A stretch of DNA of 64,000 nucleotides from Rhina ancylostomus. Its lineage: Eukaryota. The stretch is taken from the NCBI GenBank assembly GCA_030265395.1, contig JARFYF010000074.1:39681135-39745134 (forward strand), given 5' to 3'. The position numbers were made by a program, and so were the translations under genes. The notes below the pieces were generated by a model. That model had not been told where the DNA came from. It searched no databases and saw only the letters and a program-made list of their open reading frames with translations. Below, one piece after another: positions 26,841-38,286 of this stretch. Numbering within the stretch: position 1 is the first letter of the stretch; every line of letters begins with the position of its first letter.

Positions 26841-27304
26841 AGCATAGGAGCTGAGATGAATATAGATTCTACACAACTCTATGCAAGTATATGTAAAGCT
26901 CTCTTGTATCTGGTAGATAACAAGGGTTCTAAGTAAAATAAAGTCATGATAAACAGTACTGAAAGGAGTAAACTTGGTTACCACATTTGTTTAATCATTC
27001 AGTTTAATTTGACCAATTTTGTTCAAATAATTAAATAGTGTTAAACAGTGAGGGCATGCTGCAGGAATCCAAAGTGGCTTAAGTTAAAGTGCACTCACAA
27101 AATACTATTGCACATACTACCAGAGTATAGGACCTGGCCAGGAAAGGTGAAACGTCATCAAATGTTTACCATGCCAGTGTATCTCTGACTGAACATATTC
27201 AACATTCTAAAACTAATTTTTAAAAAAGCTATTGTTCTTGTTTTTTGTCTAAATTACAAGCATTCTCCCCACTAAACAATATACAGTCTGCAATTTTCCT
27301 GATC

Positions 27305-27625
27305 TCATGTCATCCCAATACCTTTTACAAACGTTCCTTAAGTATAGCAACTGTTATTACTCTCACAGCAAAGTACACAAACACTAATCTTACAAAAGAT
27401 AATATCAGCTAAGTCATTAAGGGTAACTCCTCAACTCTATAAATGTGCATTGGATCTACTACATCCATCTGAGAGGACAGTTGGGGTTTTGGTTTAAATT
27501 CTTATGTGAAGGGTGGAAGCTCAGCCAATACAACACTAAGTTATCCTGCTCAATAATCCAGGGTGGGAAATGAGCTGACAACCTTCTGACTTAGCAGTGA
27601 AAATATTACCACTGATCCACAGTTA
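27305..27625 (-). mobile_element. SacSINE1-like Deu-SINE, near full length, degenerate
   Basis: acatccatctgagaggacagttggggttttggtttaa and acaaccttctgactta...accactga. Confidence 0.6.
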
Positions 27626-28001
27626 ACACATTTCTTATAGTGTGCTCCCTTCCACATTGTAACACAGGCAGACCCAATTATATTATTAGCTAAAAAGTTG
27701 CTCCCAGCCCACTGACATCCACACCTTAGCTAATGTGAATTTTGGAGAACAGCTGCTGGACTATCAGCTTTTTGATTTGAAGAGGCCATCAGATATTCTG
27801 AATGAAAGTTTTGAAACTGTTTCCTTAAAGAAATCAAGTGAGTTAAGTTATGATAATAATTAATTCAGTGAATTGTAAGTTGCTAATTATAAGGCAGTTT
27901 TTAAATATGTGATATTCTGAACTAATATCAACAGTACAGTAACATTATGAAACATTTTTGACAAAAAGTGAGTATATCGCATTATACATTTTCTTTTGTA
28001 A

Positions 28002-28575
28002 GCCAATTATATAATCTAGAGCATTATATCTTAAAACAATAAGTATTATTTTCTAATATTTTCAAAAAACACATCCCCACCGTCTGCAAGTTATAGTTTT
28101 TATAACTTCGCCTTGAGCAACATATAAACATTGTCCTGCTGCGACATGATATTGCCCGTTCTTTCCTGACAATCCCCTGAACCTAAAGACATTTCTTCTT
28201 CACTTTTTGCAATCAGAAATAGTGCTGAGTAAAGGGATTTAATCCCCATCTACCTACCTATAGGCCAATTATATAATCCAGAGCATTATATCTTAAAACA
28301 ATAAGAAGCATTATTTTCTAATATTTTCAAAAAACACATCCCCACNNNNNNNNNNNNNNNNNNNNNNNNNNNNNNNNNNNNNNNNNNNNNNNNNNNNNNN
28401 NNNNNNNNNNNNNNNNNNNNNNNNNNNNNNNNNNNNNNNNNNNNNTCCTGCTGCAACATGATATTGCCAGTTCTTTCCTGACAATCCCCTGAACCTAGAG
28501 ACCTTTCTTCTTCACTTTTTGCAATCAGAAATAGTGCTGAATAAAGGGATTTAATCCCCATCTACCTACCTATAG
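28002..28575 (+). repeat. Tandem duplication, unit about 262 bp (28002-28263 and 28264-28575, the second containing a 100-N gap)
   Basis: Near-identical direct repeats gccaattatataatc...tctacctacctatag. Confidence 0.9.
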
Positions 28576-29899
28576 GTATAATCTAAAAGTCAGCCTGAGG
28601 ATAAGTTATAAATGTGCCTAAGGCATGCATTGGTTTTGGACTCTTATATGGGCAAGTGGCAAATTCTACTGGAAGTGGAATTCACCCGTGATTGTTTATT
28701 ACTCTGTATCAAAAGGATGCATATTTAAAAAATGGGGAATAAGACACTGATGGTAATGCTAAATCATTCTGATAAACAAACATAATTTAACTTTGATTTT
28801 GATACAATTAAAACTTTCCAGTGTTTAGGTTGGGGATCTGGTTTCTTTTGACTGATTTTGAGATTCCAGCATACTGATTCTATTTGTGGTAATTCAATCA
28901 ACTGAACGTGAAACAGTAAATGTATTGAAACTAGTTCTGAGGACAGGCCATCAAGTTGCTTTTGGAATCACTTTAGATGGGGAGTTTACATGATAGGTGA
29001 TTCATTCCTGTTGGCCTCTGGGGGCTTCGTAGTTCCACTGAAGCATGCAAAATGAATCAATATGAGGTTTCCCAGATCTTCCATCTGCAAATGAACTGAA
29101 GCTTCTAAGGTTAAAGGGGATACTCTAGATAAATATCCTATTCTTCAGTCACAGATGCCATAATGCAGTTTTTGGCTGAATCCCTAGATTGTTGCCCGTC
29201 TTTTAATAATCTCAGAGACTCATTTGGGGGATTGGGCTGGGCTATAATTTCATGGTATCGTGAACCCTCTGTTATCACCCATTTCTCATGAGTATGCAAA
29301 CACAGAAAGGTGTCCTTGAAGTCCCCATCTCTGTCTTGCTGAGCAGACATAAAAGAAGGCAAAGAGGCAAGCTATCTCTTATAGGCTGTCTTTGCTCCCT
29401 TTATCTCCTCCTGTGCACTAATGCTGGATGAATCACCACATGCAGATCCCTCAAGTACACTCCTTCACCTAACCATTGGTTCTTAATTGTGATGAAGCAC
29501 ACATTAGGGCATTCCCAAATAGATTCTACTCTTTTGTGGTTATTTTCTCAAGTGACATGTGAGGAACCCAGAGAAATTAGAATATATGCTATTGTTAGCG
29601 GAGCATTGAAAGGCTCCAATTTATAGAAAACATCTGTCAAAATGTAATTTGATGTAATCAAGCTTGCTGGTTATGTGTGATCCAGTTCCTAATGAAGCAG
29701 TACAAATAAGCATCTGACATCCGGTACATAGCACTGAAATGATCAAAGCTTACAGTTTCAACACACCCACAAAGATCACGAGGCTGGGTTGTCCTCCTTT
29801 GGTCTTGGCCTCTGACCTATGAAAAAAAGCTCAAGGGTTCATAAACCAGCTGTGATATAACTGAATTGAAGAATAGTTCACTGTAAACAAAATTGCAGA

Positions 29900-30260
29900 T
29901 GCTTGGGGTGGTGCAAATATTGATGGAAGAAGAAACAAGTGGCAAGTAGGATGAGAAGATTCTGGGTAGAGAATAAGTATATGGAATGTGACATGAAATA
30001 AGGGAGCACCCAGTAGAATTTCCTGATTTTACAAAGGTTGCTTTATAAGAGGAGATGTGAAAGGAACAATCCTTAGTGCCAAGTACGTACTTAGAAGGAC
30101 AGGTGATCTGGTGTGATCTTGAGCTGGGTAGTGAAGGGTGAAATAAAAGGAGGGAATTGAATAGTGGGGGATGGGAATCAAGGATGGCTGGCATGCATAA
30201 CTGAGAATGAGGGGGAAATGAAAAGCAACCCTTGTACTTACAACTCCAATGAACAAACTT
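29900..30260 (-). mobile_element. Old L2-type LINE fragment
   Basis: Purine-rich plus strand with aaaggttgctttataagaggagatgtg, typical of the reverse L2 3' region. Confidence 0.3.
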
Positions 30261-32004
30261 CAATACATCCTATGTTATTTCCAGCTCCTGAAGGTGAAAT
30301 GCCTGGAGCTGACAACTTCTAAAACCTTTCTCCATTCATGGTGCACAACATATTTGGGAACCCTCACTGAAGGCTTCTTAGGATTAGTAGGATCTCAGAA
30401 GGATTTTCTGTCAGCACCTCAGAATAAAACAAAAGTCAAGAGAAGACAACCATGCTTTAAGAGATGTACTGCCAATTTAAAAACAGATAGGGGAGGAATG
30501 CAGGATAGGATAGGCCATTCTTTCAGGACCATGCCTCCATTTAGTTATATCTTGGCTGTTTATAATTCCATCTTCTTCAATAAGATAAATTCAACCTACA
30601 AATGGTAGAGGTGAAATGGATTGTTTTGGTTCCAACTGGAAAAAAAATGAAATGAGATTCTTAAATTGGCAACAAATCAAGAGCTTTTACTTTGTGATCC
30701 TAAGCTGTCAGTGTGAAGGAAAAGCCATTCAAATATTTTGCTTTGGCCTCCCTTATTCCTTGACGCTTTTTCCCTCGGTTTGATTAATACACAAATTACT
30801 GGCGGCCTTTTCGCTTCAACCTTCCAAATTCCACAATGAAATGTGCTGTAACAAAACAATAACTGTGAATGGTTCCAAAGCTTTTATTTTTTATTCTTTA
30901 TTTTTGTGCCAAAATGAATACCGATTATTTCTTACTAAAGTGAACTCTTCATGTAGGTCATAAAAAGCCATGAAACAATCCATAAGACCATAGTAACAAA
31001 CAAGCCCATGTGAAATCACTTACTGTAAGTGCTTATTTGATACTTATGAAGGAATGGCTTGGAATTTGACTAACAAGGCGTCGGCAGTATGGAATTCATG
31101 AAGAAAGCTTAGAAACATTACATTTTGATAATATACATGTGTAATGAATACTACTTTGCAACTGATAGTTTCAAGATGATTATTGAGACCCACAACAGAT
31201 TACAAAATCCCTGACTTCTTAACTTTCTTTGTTGTATGTGGATTTCTAGAAATATTCCATGGTTATTGAAACCATATGTTACTGGAAAAACTACATAACT
31301 TCTAATTGTGGATTTCATTGGATTTGTTTAGCAAGCACTATGTATCTGAAATGTCAAACATGGCTCATAGAGCTTGCTAATGGTTCATCCCTTATTAATC
31401 AAACAATCAAATTTTAATTTATTTTTACTTTTTTTTTCTTTTTTTTCCGCTTCCATGCACTTCCCTTCAGTAAGCTGGATAGAATGACAGAGGAAAGTCC
31501 CTGAACAAATATTACTATATCCCCTTCCTTGTTTGTTTCTCTTCACATCAACCTACCAGATGTGTACATAACTTCCACCTAGTTGGAAACTTCAACATTT
31601 AAGGTCAATAATCACTGCATAAATAGGTTTTGCTGGTATTCCATAGATTGCCAATGGGTTAAGGTGGTGGACAGCCTCACATCTAACAAAATCAGTTTGA
31701 GATTGAGTGGCAAGCAGAACTGAGCAATGTAAATGGAAAAGAACTTTGTTTATTGTCCACATACCTCTTTTTCTACTGAACAATCCCTACAGAATTTTTA
31801 TGGCTAAATATATATATATCTTTCTTTCAATCAAAGATCTGGTACTTTTTCCCCTGTTTGTTTTTCCATAGTTTCTGACTTTGCTGAATGAAGTTGAGTA
31901 TAAATCTATGGTTACCATTCCTGCCATAGTGGCACAAACATTCATACAGTGACAAGAAGTATTTGTACAGCACCTTTACATTAAAAAAGTATCCAAAATG
32001 ATTG

Positions 32005-32870
32005 GTTGAGAGATTGAAAGGTGTTGGTGTTCAGAAGGACCTGGGTGGCCTTGCACATAAATCACTGAAAGTTAATGTTCAGGTACAGTAAGCAATTAGG
32101 AAGGCAAAGATTTTATTGACCTTTATTGCAAGAGGATTTAATGACCAAAGTAAAGATGTCTTGCTGCAATGTTATAGGGTCCTGATGAAGCAGTACTTTA
32201 AATATTGTGTACAGGTCTGGTCTCCTAGTCTCCCTACCTAAGGAAAGATATATTTGTGACAGAGAGAAATGAAATAAAGCTTCAAGAATATAAGTCCTGG
32301 GATTGATGGGGGTGACAAGAGGGTGTGAGGGACGGTTGTGGTGGGTGACAGTGCAGGGGAGAGGGGTAAAGGGGAAATGTCCCTATGATAAGACATTAAG
32401 CAGATTGAACTCTGGGGTTTAAAAGAATGAGAGATTATTTCACAGAAATTTACAAAATTCTTATGGGGCTTATCAATCTGGGGAAATTGTTGCCCCTGTT
32501 TAAGGACCAAGAGGCATAGTTTCAAAATAAGGACTCAACAATAGTTGACAGAAATGAGAAGAAATTGCTGCTTTATCCAAGGACCCTGTGGATGCTCAGT
32601 TAATTCTATTCAAGACAGCAATGGCAAGATTTTGGATATTAAGGGAATCAAGGGATGGCATTCATACAGAAAAGTACTGCTGAGGTACAACTCCAAAGAC
32701 ATACAGGTAGGTTAATATAGGTTTAAAAATGGACAGCGCAGACTCATTGGGCTGGAAGGGCCTGTTACCACGATGTAAATAAATTTTTTTAAAGTTTTTA
32801 CAAAGACCAACCATAATCTTATTCAATAGCAGAGCAGATATGGCTGGCTGACTGGCTTCCAGTTCTTATG
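32005..32870 (+). mobile_element. CR1 LINE 3' portion, interrupted by a short HE1-type tail at about 32690-32795
   Basis: gttcagaaggacctgggtg, aggtacagtaagcaattaggaaggcaaa, tattgtgtacaggtctggtctcct; insert gggctggaagggcctgttacc. Confidence 0.7.
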
Positions 32871-33429
32871 TCCAAATGAGACATAGTAGTCAATGATGAT
32901 GGTGCAGAATTTGAGGCCAGAAATGAAGGAAAATGCTTCAGCATTTCCAAAATGCAGCCCATCTACAAATGCAAATCAGACTGGCAATGAGGCAGGACAG
33001 AAGACTTGAACTGGCTGAAAGAAAAAGTGGGGAGGTAGAACTGGTTGTCACTGACATAAATATAAAAATGTAAAAGCCGACAGCCTGCCGAAAGTTAATG
33101 TCATCAAAAGACATACAAATAATGAAGAGAGAGCCAAGCAGTACTATGAAAAGTTCTTGGATGAAAAAGATGTCATTGACCGTGCCAAAGACTCACAAGG
33201 TGGAACAACGTTCGTGGTCAGAGAGAATGGTGCCCTCAATTTTAGTTTGCACAGTTTATTGGAAGTGGGAGGGAAACTCACTGAGTCAATGCAACAAAAA
33301 AATGGTGGCAATAAATATTAATGGTAAATTCATGTTAAATGTTAACGTCANNNNNNNNNNNNNNNNNNNNNNNNNNNNNTAATCAGAAGTAAACCTGAAT
33401 AGAACAATAATGTAATGAATAGCAATAAA

Positions 33430-33982
33430 TATAAATACTGAAGCAGAAAAGCATGCCTGATCAGTTTGTTCAACTTCTCTGAAGAAGTAACAACTTTGGT
33501 GGATTGTGGTAAGCCGTACAAACTTGATGTGTTTGGACTTCCAAAAAAATTCTGTCAAAGCTGTGCATTAATTAAATGGAGAGCTGCAGGGGCTTCAGAG
33601 AAATACCTGGGAATAGGTATGAAATTGGCTGAAGCACAGGAAACAATGTGTACCCGTTGGAGGAGTTATGTCAGACTTATCAACAGAAATGTGGTGCCTC
33701 AAACCCCAGTGCTGAGGAGACTACTGTTTCTAATTTACATAAATTGCTTGCATTCACATGCACAACAAGTATTCAACTTTGCCGATGATTTTAAAATACA
33801 TGAAGCTATATAATTGGAAGGACCAACTGAGAAACTATTAAATGAGCTGGAATAGATAAAAGAAAGGTTAGAACAATAACAGATGCAATTTATTGCAAAC
33901 AAATGAAAAATGCTACAACTATGAAAAAACATTGTAGACACAGAGTCTTCATGGATGGTTTTAAGTTCCTTAAAGGGAAGTT
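33430..33982 (+). mobile_element. Decayed CR1 RT fragment
   Basis: VPQTPVL..LLFLIYINCL...FNFADDFK (VPQGSVLGP..FLIYINDL...KFADDTK). Confidence 0.65.
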
Positions 33983-34051
33983 NNNNNNNNNNNNNNNNNN
34001 NNNNNNNNNNNNNNNNNNNNNNNNNNNNNNNNNNNNNNNNNNNNNNNNNNN

Positions 34052-34620
34052 GGATTGTGCATTTGAAAAGAAGGTCTGGAAAAGGATGCAAGGTCCTTGT
34101 CAATGTTCAACCCAAGCCACTGCATACAGGTCTACAGGCTATTCCCAGGGTTGTGTACTGAGACAAACATCAAGTGCTGCTGGTATCTCATCAGCTCACT
34201 GAAAGACACACTTTGGTGTGTCTGAAACATGTTGGTCTTCCAGCACAATGAGATGTCTGCAAGAGAATGATGCCAACTGGCACGTACCAGGCTGGAGGAG
34301 TACATGCTGAGGGATGCACTGAAGTTGGTGCAAGTCATCGCAAAGGTTTTGTGGGGAATGACTTCAGACTAAGGTCCTTCGGCCACTAAGCCTTTGTAAA
34401 ATTGTAAAAACCACTCAAACACTATAATTTTTGTAGTGCCCAAAGGGGGCCATCTGGGCAGCCAAGGCACTCTGTATACAGAATGTGCTCACACTACAAA
34501 TGTACAGAGATGGAATGTGAATGTATTGACTGAGCAACACTATGAATGTAAAGAAAGCCATGCACTTTTTTTTTGTATTTCTTGTATATATTTCGTATGA
34601 ATAAAGTTTATTCTGAAATT
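34052..34620 (+). mobile_element. Tx1/L1-clade non-LTR retrotransposon 3' end
   Basis: Frame reading LFPGLCTETNIKCCWYLISSLKDTLW..NMLVFQHNEMS...EEYMLRDALKLVQ; aataaagtttatt tail. Confidence 0.7.
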
Positions 34621-36185
34621 TTTAAAAGATAATGCTAATTCTTGCAGCAATATACAAAACCAAAAGAAGATATTAAACTATGTAGCTAAAACAGATCAGG
34701 TCAGAGGAGGTGATGATCAAACATTACCTATTCTAGTCTCACTGCACCTTGAACATTGCATCCAGTTTTTGTTATCAACAAAACAAGAGAGACCTCTAGG
34801 CTTTGGAAATAACACAAAAGAGCCAAAAAACTGACCACACGATCAATTATGAGTTGTGAGAGAGAAAAAAAAACAGAAAAGATTTGTTTCTGGATAAAAA
34901 CAACTAGCAGAGGATAAAAAAATGTTAACCTGTGATATTAATCTGAATTAAATTATGGAAGCACAACAAGGAGAATGCATACTTAAACTAAAATAGGGTG
35001 TGCAGGGCTGCGGTGCAAAATGGGTGATGGCACGTCATTGACCTTTATTTCTCATATTTGAAATTCAGTACTTTTGATTTCAATAGTCACTGGTATCTGG
35101 TGGACCATATAATGGGTGGTCAATGTAATATCACCCAGCAGTAACTACATCCAAGGTGAATTTCTGTCCCCAAGTTCTTGTTTGTGTAAAGGCTAGCTGA
35201 TAAATAGAATGATCTTCCAGACAGGATAATGGAAGCAAAGGCCTTGAAATAACTTAAGAAATAATCTACTATCTCAATGGAATTGGGGGGAGAAGTATTG
35301 GATCTTACTGGATGAATTAAATGGGTCCGGAGGCCTTTCTTGTTTAAAATTATTTTGTGAAAGTGGTGTTATTAATGGTATGGTCTAAGATGAAAACAAA
35401 GGATTAAGAGGATTTTTCAGCAGTGTTTATTCATAATCATCAGTAATGGGAAGCCTTATTGTTCTTCCCATTGCTCACAGGCACCTTGGAGACTCCATGC
35501 CCTGTCTGGTAGCAAGTTGATGTCAGTTGACTGAGCAAACTATGGAATTATAGCCAGGATCTACAACCTCTAGGTCTTTGTGGTATATTTTCATATAAAA
35601 TCATCCATCTATAACAACTAATAAAATATACATTTTATTCTTAAAGGTTGCTGCCTTTGAATATCAAAATATTCAAATTAATATTAGCAAAGACTTGTTT
35701 ATGTACTTCATGTACAGTTTGCAACAGAAATTGTTTCCAGGGAGTCTGCACATCTAATGCGCTCTAGTGCAGAGGCATGCAGACATGGGCAGTGGCATCA
35801 AATGGCATACAATGCACATTGTGATACCATGTGCAGTGCCCAGAAATTATGCAGACAAAAGTGAATTTCTCAACATTTACAAGGCCTGCTTCATTACAGT
35901 TGGAAGGAGATCTGTCTGACAAGGTCTAACCTATGGTAGGTTCTCTTTAAATTCTCTACTCCCCCCTTGCTGTGGGTCTGCTTTGAGGTCCCCATCACTG
36001 GGGTCACAAGTTGAATCCAAGCGAGCAGTTGATCATGATGCTGGGCCCTACATTTGCTATTTCAGTCCTGTTATCTGACCCACAAGATCCTGATTTTCCT
36101 TTCAACTGATGCCGTGACTTTGCCCCTCAATCCTACCTGGCCTCCGCTAAACATGAATCCTACCTCATGGCCCATGACATACTAC

Positions 36186-36677
36186 TTAGAAAGGGTGCAG
36201 AGGAGATTTACAAGGATGCTGCTGGGAATGCAGAACATGCCTTAAGAAAACAGGTTGAGGGAACCCGGCCTTTTCTCCTTGGACCGACGGAGGATGAAGG
36301 GGAACCTGATAGAGGTATATAAGATGATGAGAGGCATTGATTGGGTGGATAGTCAGAGACTTTACCCCAGGGCTGAAATGGTAGCCACAAGAGGACACAA
36401 GTTTAAGGTTCTGGGAAGCAGGTATAGGGGAGATGTCAGGGGCAAGTTTTTTTACTCAGAGAGTGGTGAGTGCATGGAATTGGCTGCTGGCAATGGTGGT
36501 GGAGGTGGATACAATAGGGTCTTTTAAAAGACTGTTGGATAGGTATATGGAGCTGAGAAAAGTAGAGGGCTATGGGTAAGCCTAGTAATTTCTAGGGTCG
36601 GGACATGTTCGGCACAACTTTGTGGGCCGAAGGGCCTGAATTGTGCTGTAGGTGTTTCTATGTTTCCATGTTTCTAT
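36186..36677 (+). mobile_element. Young CR1/HER1 LINE, 5'-truncated
   Basis: LERVQRRFTRML; GLFSL.RRRMKGNLIEVYKMMRGID; TRGHKFKV; tail gggccgaagggcctg...(tgtttcta)n; CpGs retained. Confidence 0.9.
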
Positions 36678-36910
36678 CTTGCAGTGCTTGCAGTTGTGGA
36701 GACTTTGTTATTATCTGCTGCACATGCTGCAGAACTTTGCCAATCAAAGGGAGCAGCCAATGCTGGAGGAAGAAGTGCAAGGAGTCCTAGAGGCCGAGGG
36801 CTATGAGGTTTTGTCCGGAGACCAGCAGCTTGGAGAAGGGTTGGTGGAAGATGATGCCCCTACTCAGCTACGACAGCCTTTTCTTCCAGCTGAGTGGAAG
36901 ATGTAGCTAT
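36678..36910 (+). mobile_element. Harbinger transposase C-terminal relic
   Basis: FVIICC/MLQNFANQREQPMLEEEV resembles ..VVCCMLHN.A..RG.. followed by an acidic tail. Confidence 0.45.
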
Positions 36911-37829
36911 TGGCTATGAGGGATTCCCAACTAAGAAATGATTTTTGTAAGGAAACTGCAAAAACACAGTCACCCATGCAAACCATGACCTCATACACAT
37001 GAATGTGGTCCACCAATAACTAGCTGTGACAATCCAAATGATGCATACATTTCCCTCACATTCTATTCTGTAGGATTATATGCACTGAGTCATCAATGAA
37101 TGGTTTTCCTATTCTGCAATTTAAGCAGTTCACTGAACAAAATCTCTATTTCTTCATGAATGGTATCTTCCTTTGCCTACGATGACCTCTGTAAAAATTA
37201 CATTTTCCTCTGAATGTTCTGACCACTTTGCACAACTCCCCTGACCAGCTCCACTCTGCAGGTCTAAAATCTGATTGAGACCTTGAACCCTTCTGACATT
37301 GATGCTGGCTGATAAGCATTTCAGCCACATCATCTGCAAACAATGCACAAATCTGATTGCCATTTAATGAGTTGGGAGGTGTATTCCAAGCCAATGAAGT
37401 TGACAATCATTCAGCATTGAGAAACGCCTCATGGAACTTCAACTGAAGTTCACTTTAAGCCACTGCACCAATTAATCATTTCAAGATACACAAGAGAACA
37501 AGACTGATGAAGTATCAGTATAAATGAACAAAGTTTCCGTCAGCTAGATCTGATCAATGTAGTGTCATGTTTTCCTGCACAAACCATCAATTCTTAATAA
37601 CATTCTCTCATCTAAACTGTTTTCCAACCCCCACCCACCTGAGAGCAAATCTTTTATGTCATCTCCTCTTCCTCTGCCTCTCACTTGACTCCCTCCAGAA
37701 ATATTGCAAGAGCAGAACATGCAGAAGAACTGCTGAGTAGTAATCAACATCCCAGTCTGAGTGATATGCAATTTTTGCCTGAATAACATGGCAGCCACGG
37801 CATGAGTTTCAGTCTGTGAAATTATTGTA

Positions 37830-37995
37830 ACAAGCACTTGGAAGCTTGTGTCTCCATTGTGGACCGAATGGAGATACTCTGCAAAGCAAATGGGTGACCA
37901 CTTTGCATAACTCTTTTGTCCAGTCTGCAAGGGTGATCCTGAGCTTACAGTTAGTTGTCACTTTAATTCTCCATCCTACTCCCACTCTGAACATT
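37830..37995 (+). mobile_element. Penelope-like element, GIY-YIG endonuclease fragment
   Basis: GDHFA*LFCPVCKGDPELTVSCHFNSPSYSHS. Confidence 0.65.
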
Positions 37996-38209
37996 CTACC
38001 TTTGATTTCCCACACAACAAACTTCACCATCAAGTCAAGGAACAAATCACAACATTCAGGACTCAGCACAGGTTCAACATTTTCAGATGATCAGTAATTT
38101 CAGCCTTTCNNNNNNNNNNNNNNNNNNNNNNNNNNNNNNNNNNNNNNNNNNNNNNNNNNNNNNNNNNNNNNNNNNNNNNNNNNNNNNNNNNNNNNNNNNN
38201 NNNNNNNNN

Positions 38210-38286
38210 TAGGGTAGGGACATGTTCAGCACAGCTTTGTGGGCCGAAGGGCCTGAATTGTGCTGTAGGTTTTTCTATGTTTCTAT
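38210..38286 (+). mobile_element. CR1/HE1 3' tail, same subfamily as 36186-36677
   Basis: gggacatgttcagcacagctttgtgggccgaagggcctgaattgtgctgtagg..ttctatgtttctat. Confidence 0.85.

Noticed and set aside
28002-28575. CRISPR-like or other prokaryotic system
   Set aside because: No repeat-spacer arrays or operon-like gene density; this is vertebrate DNA with a simple tandem duplication
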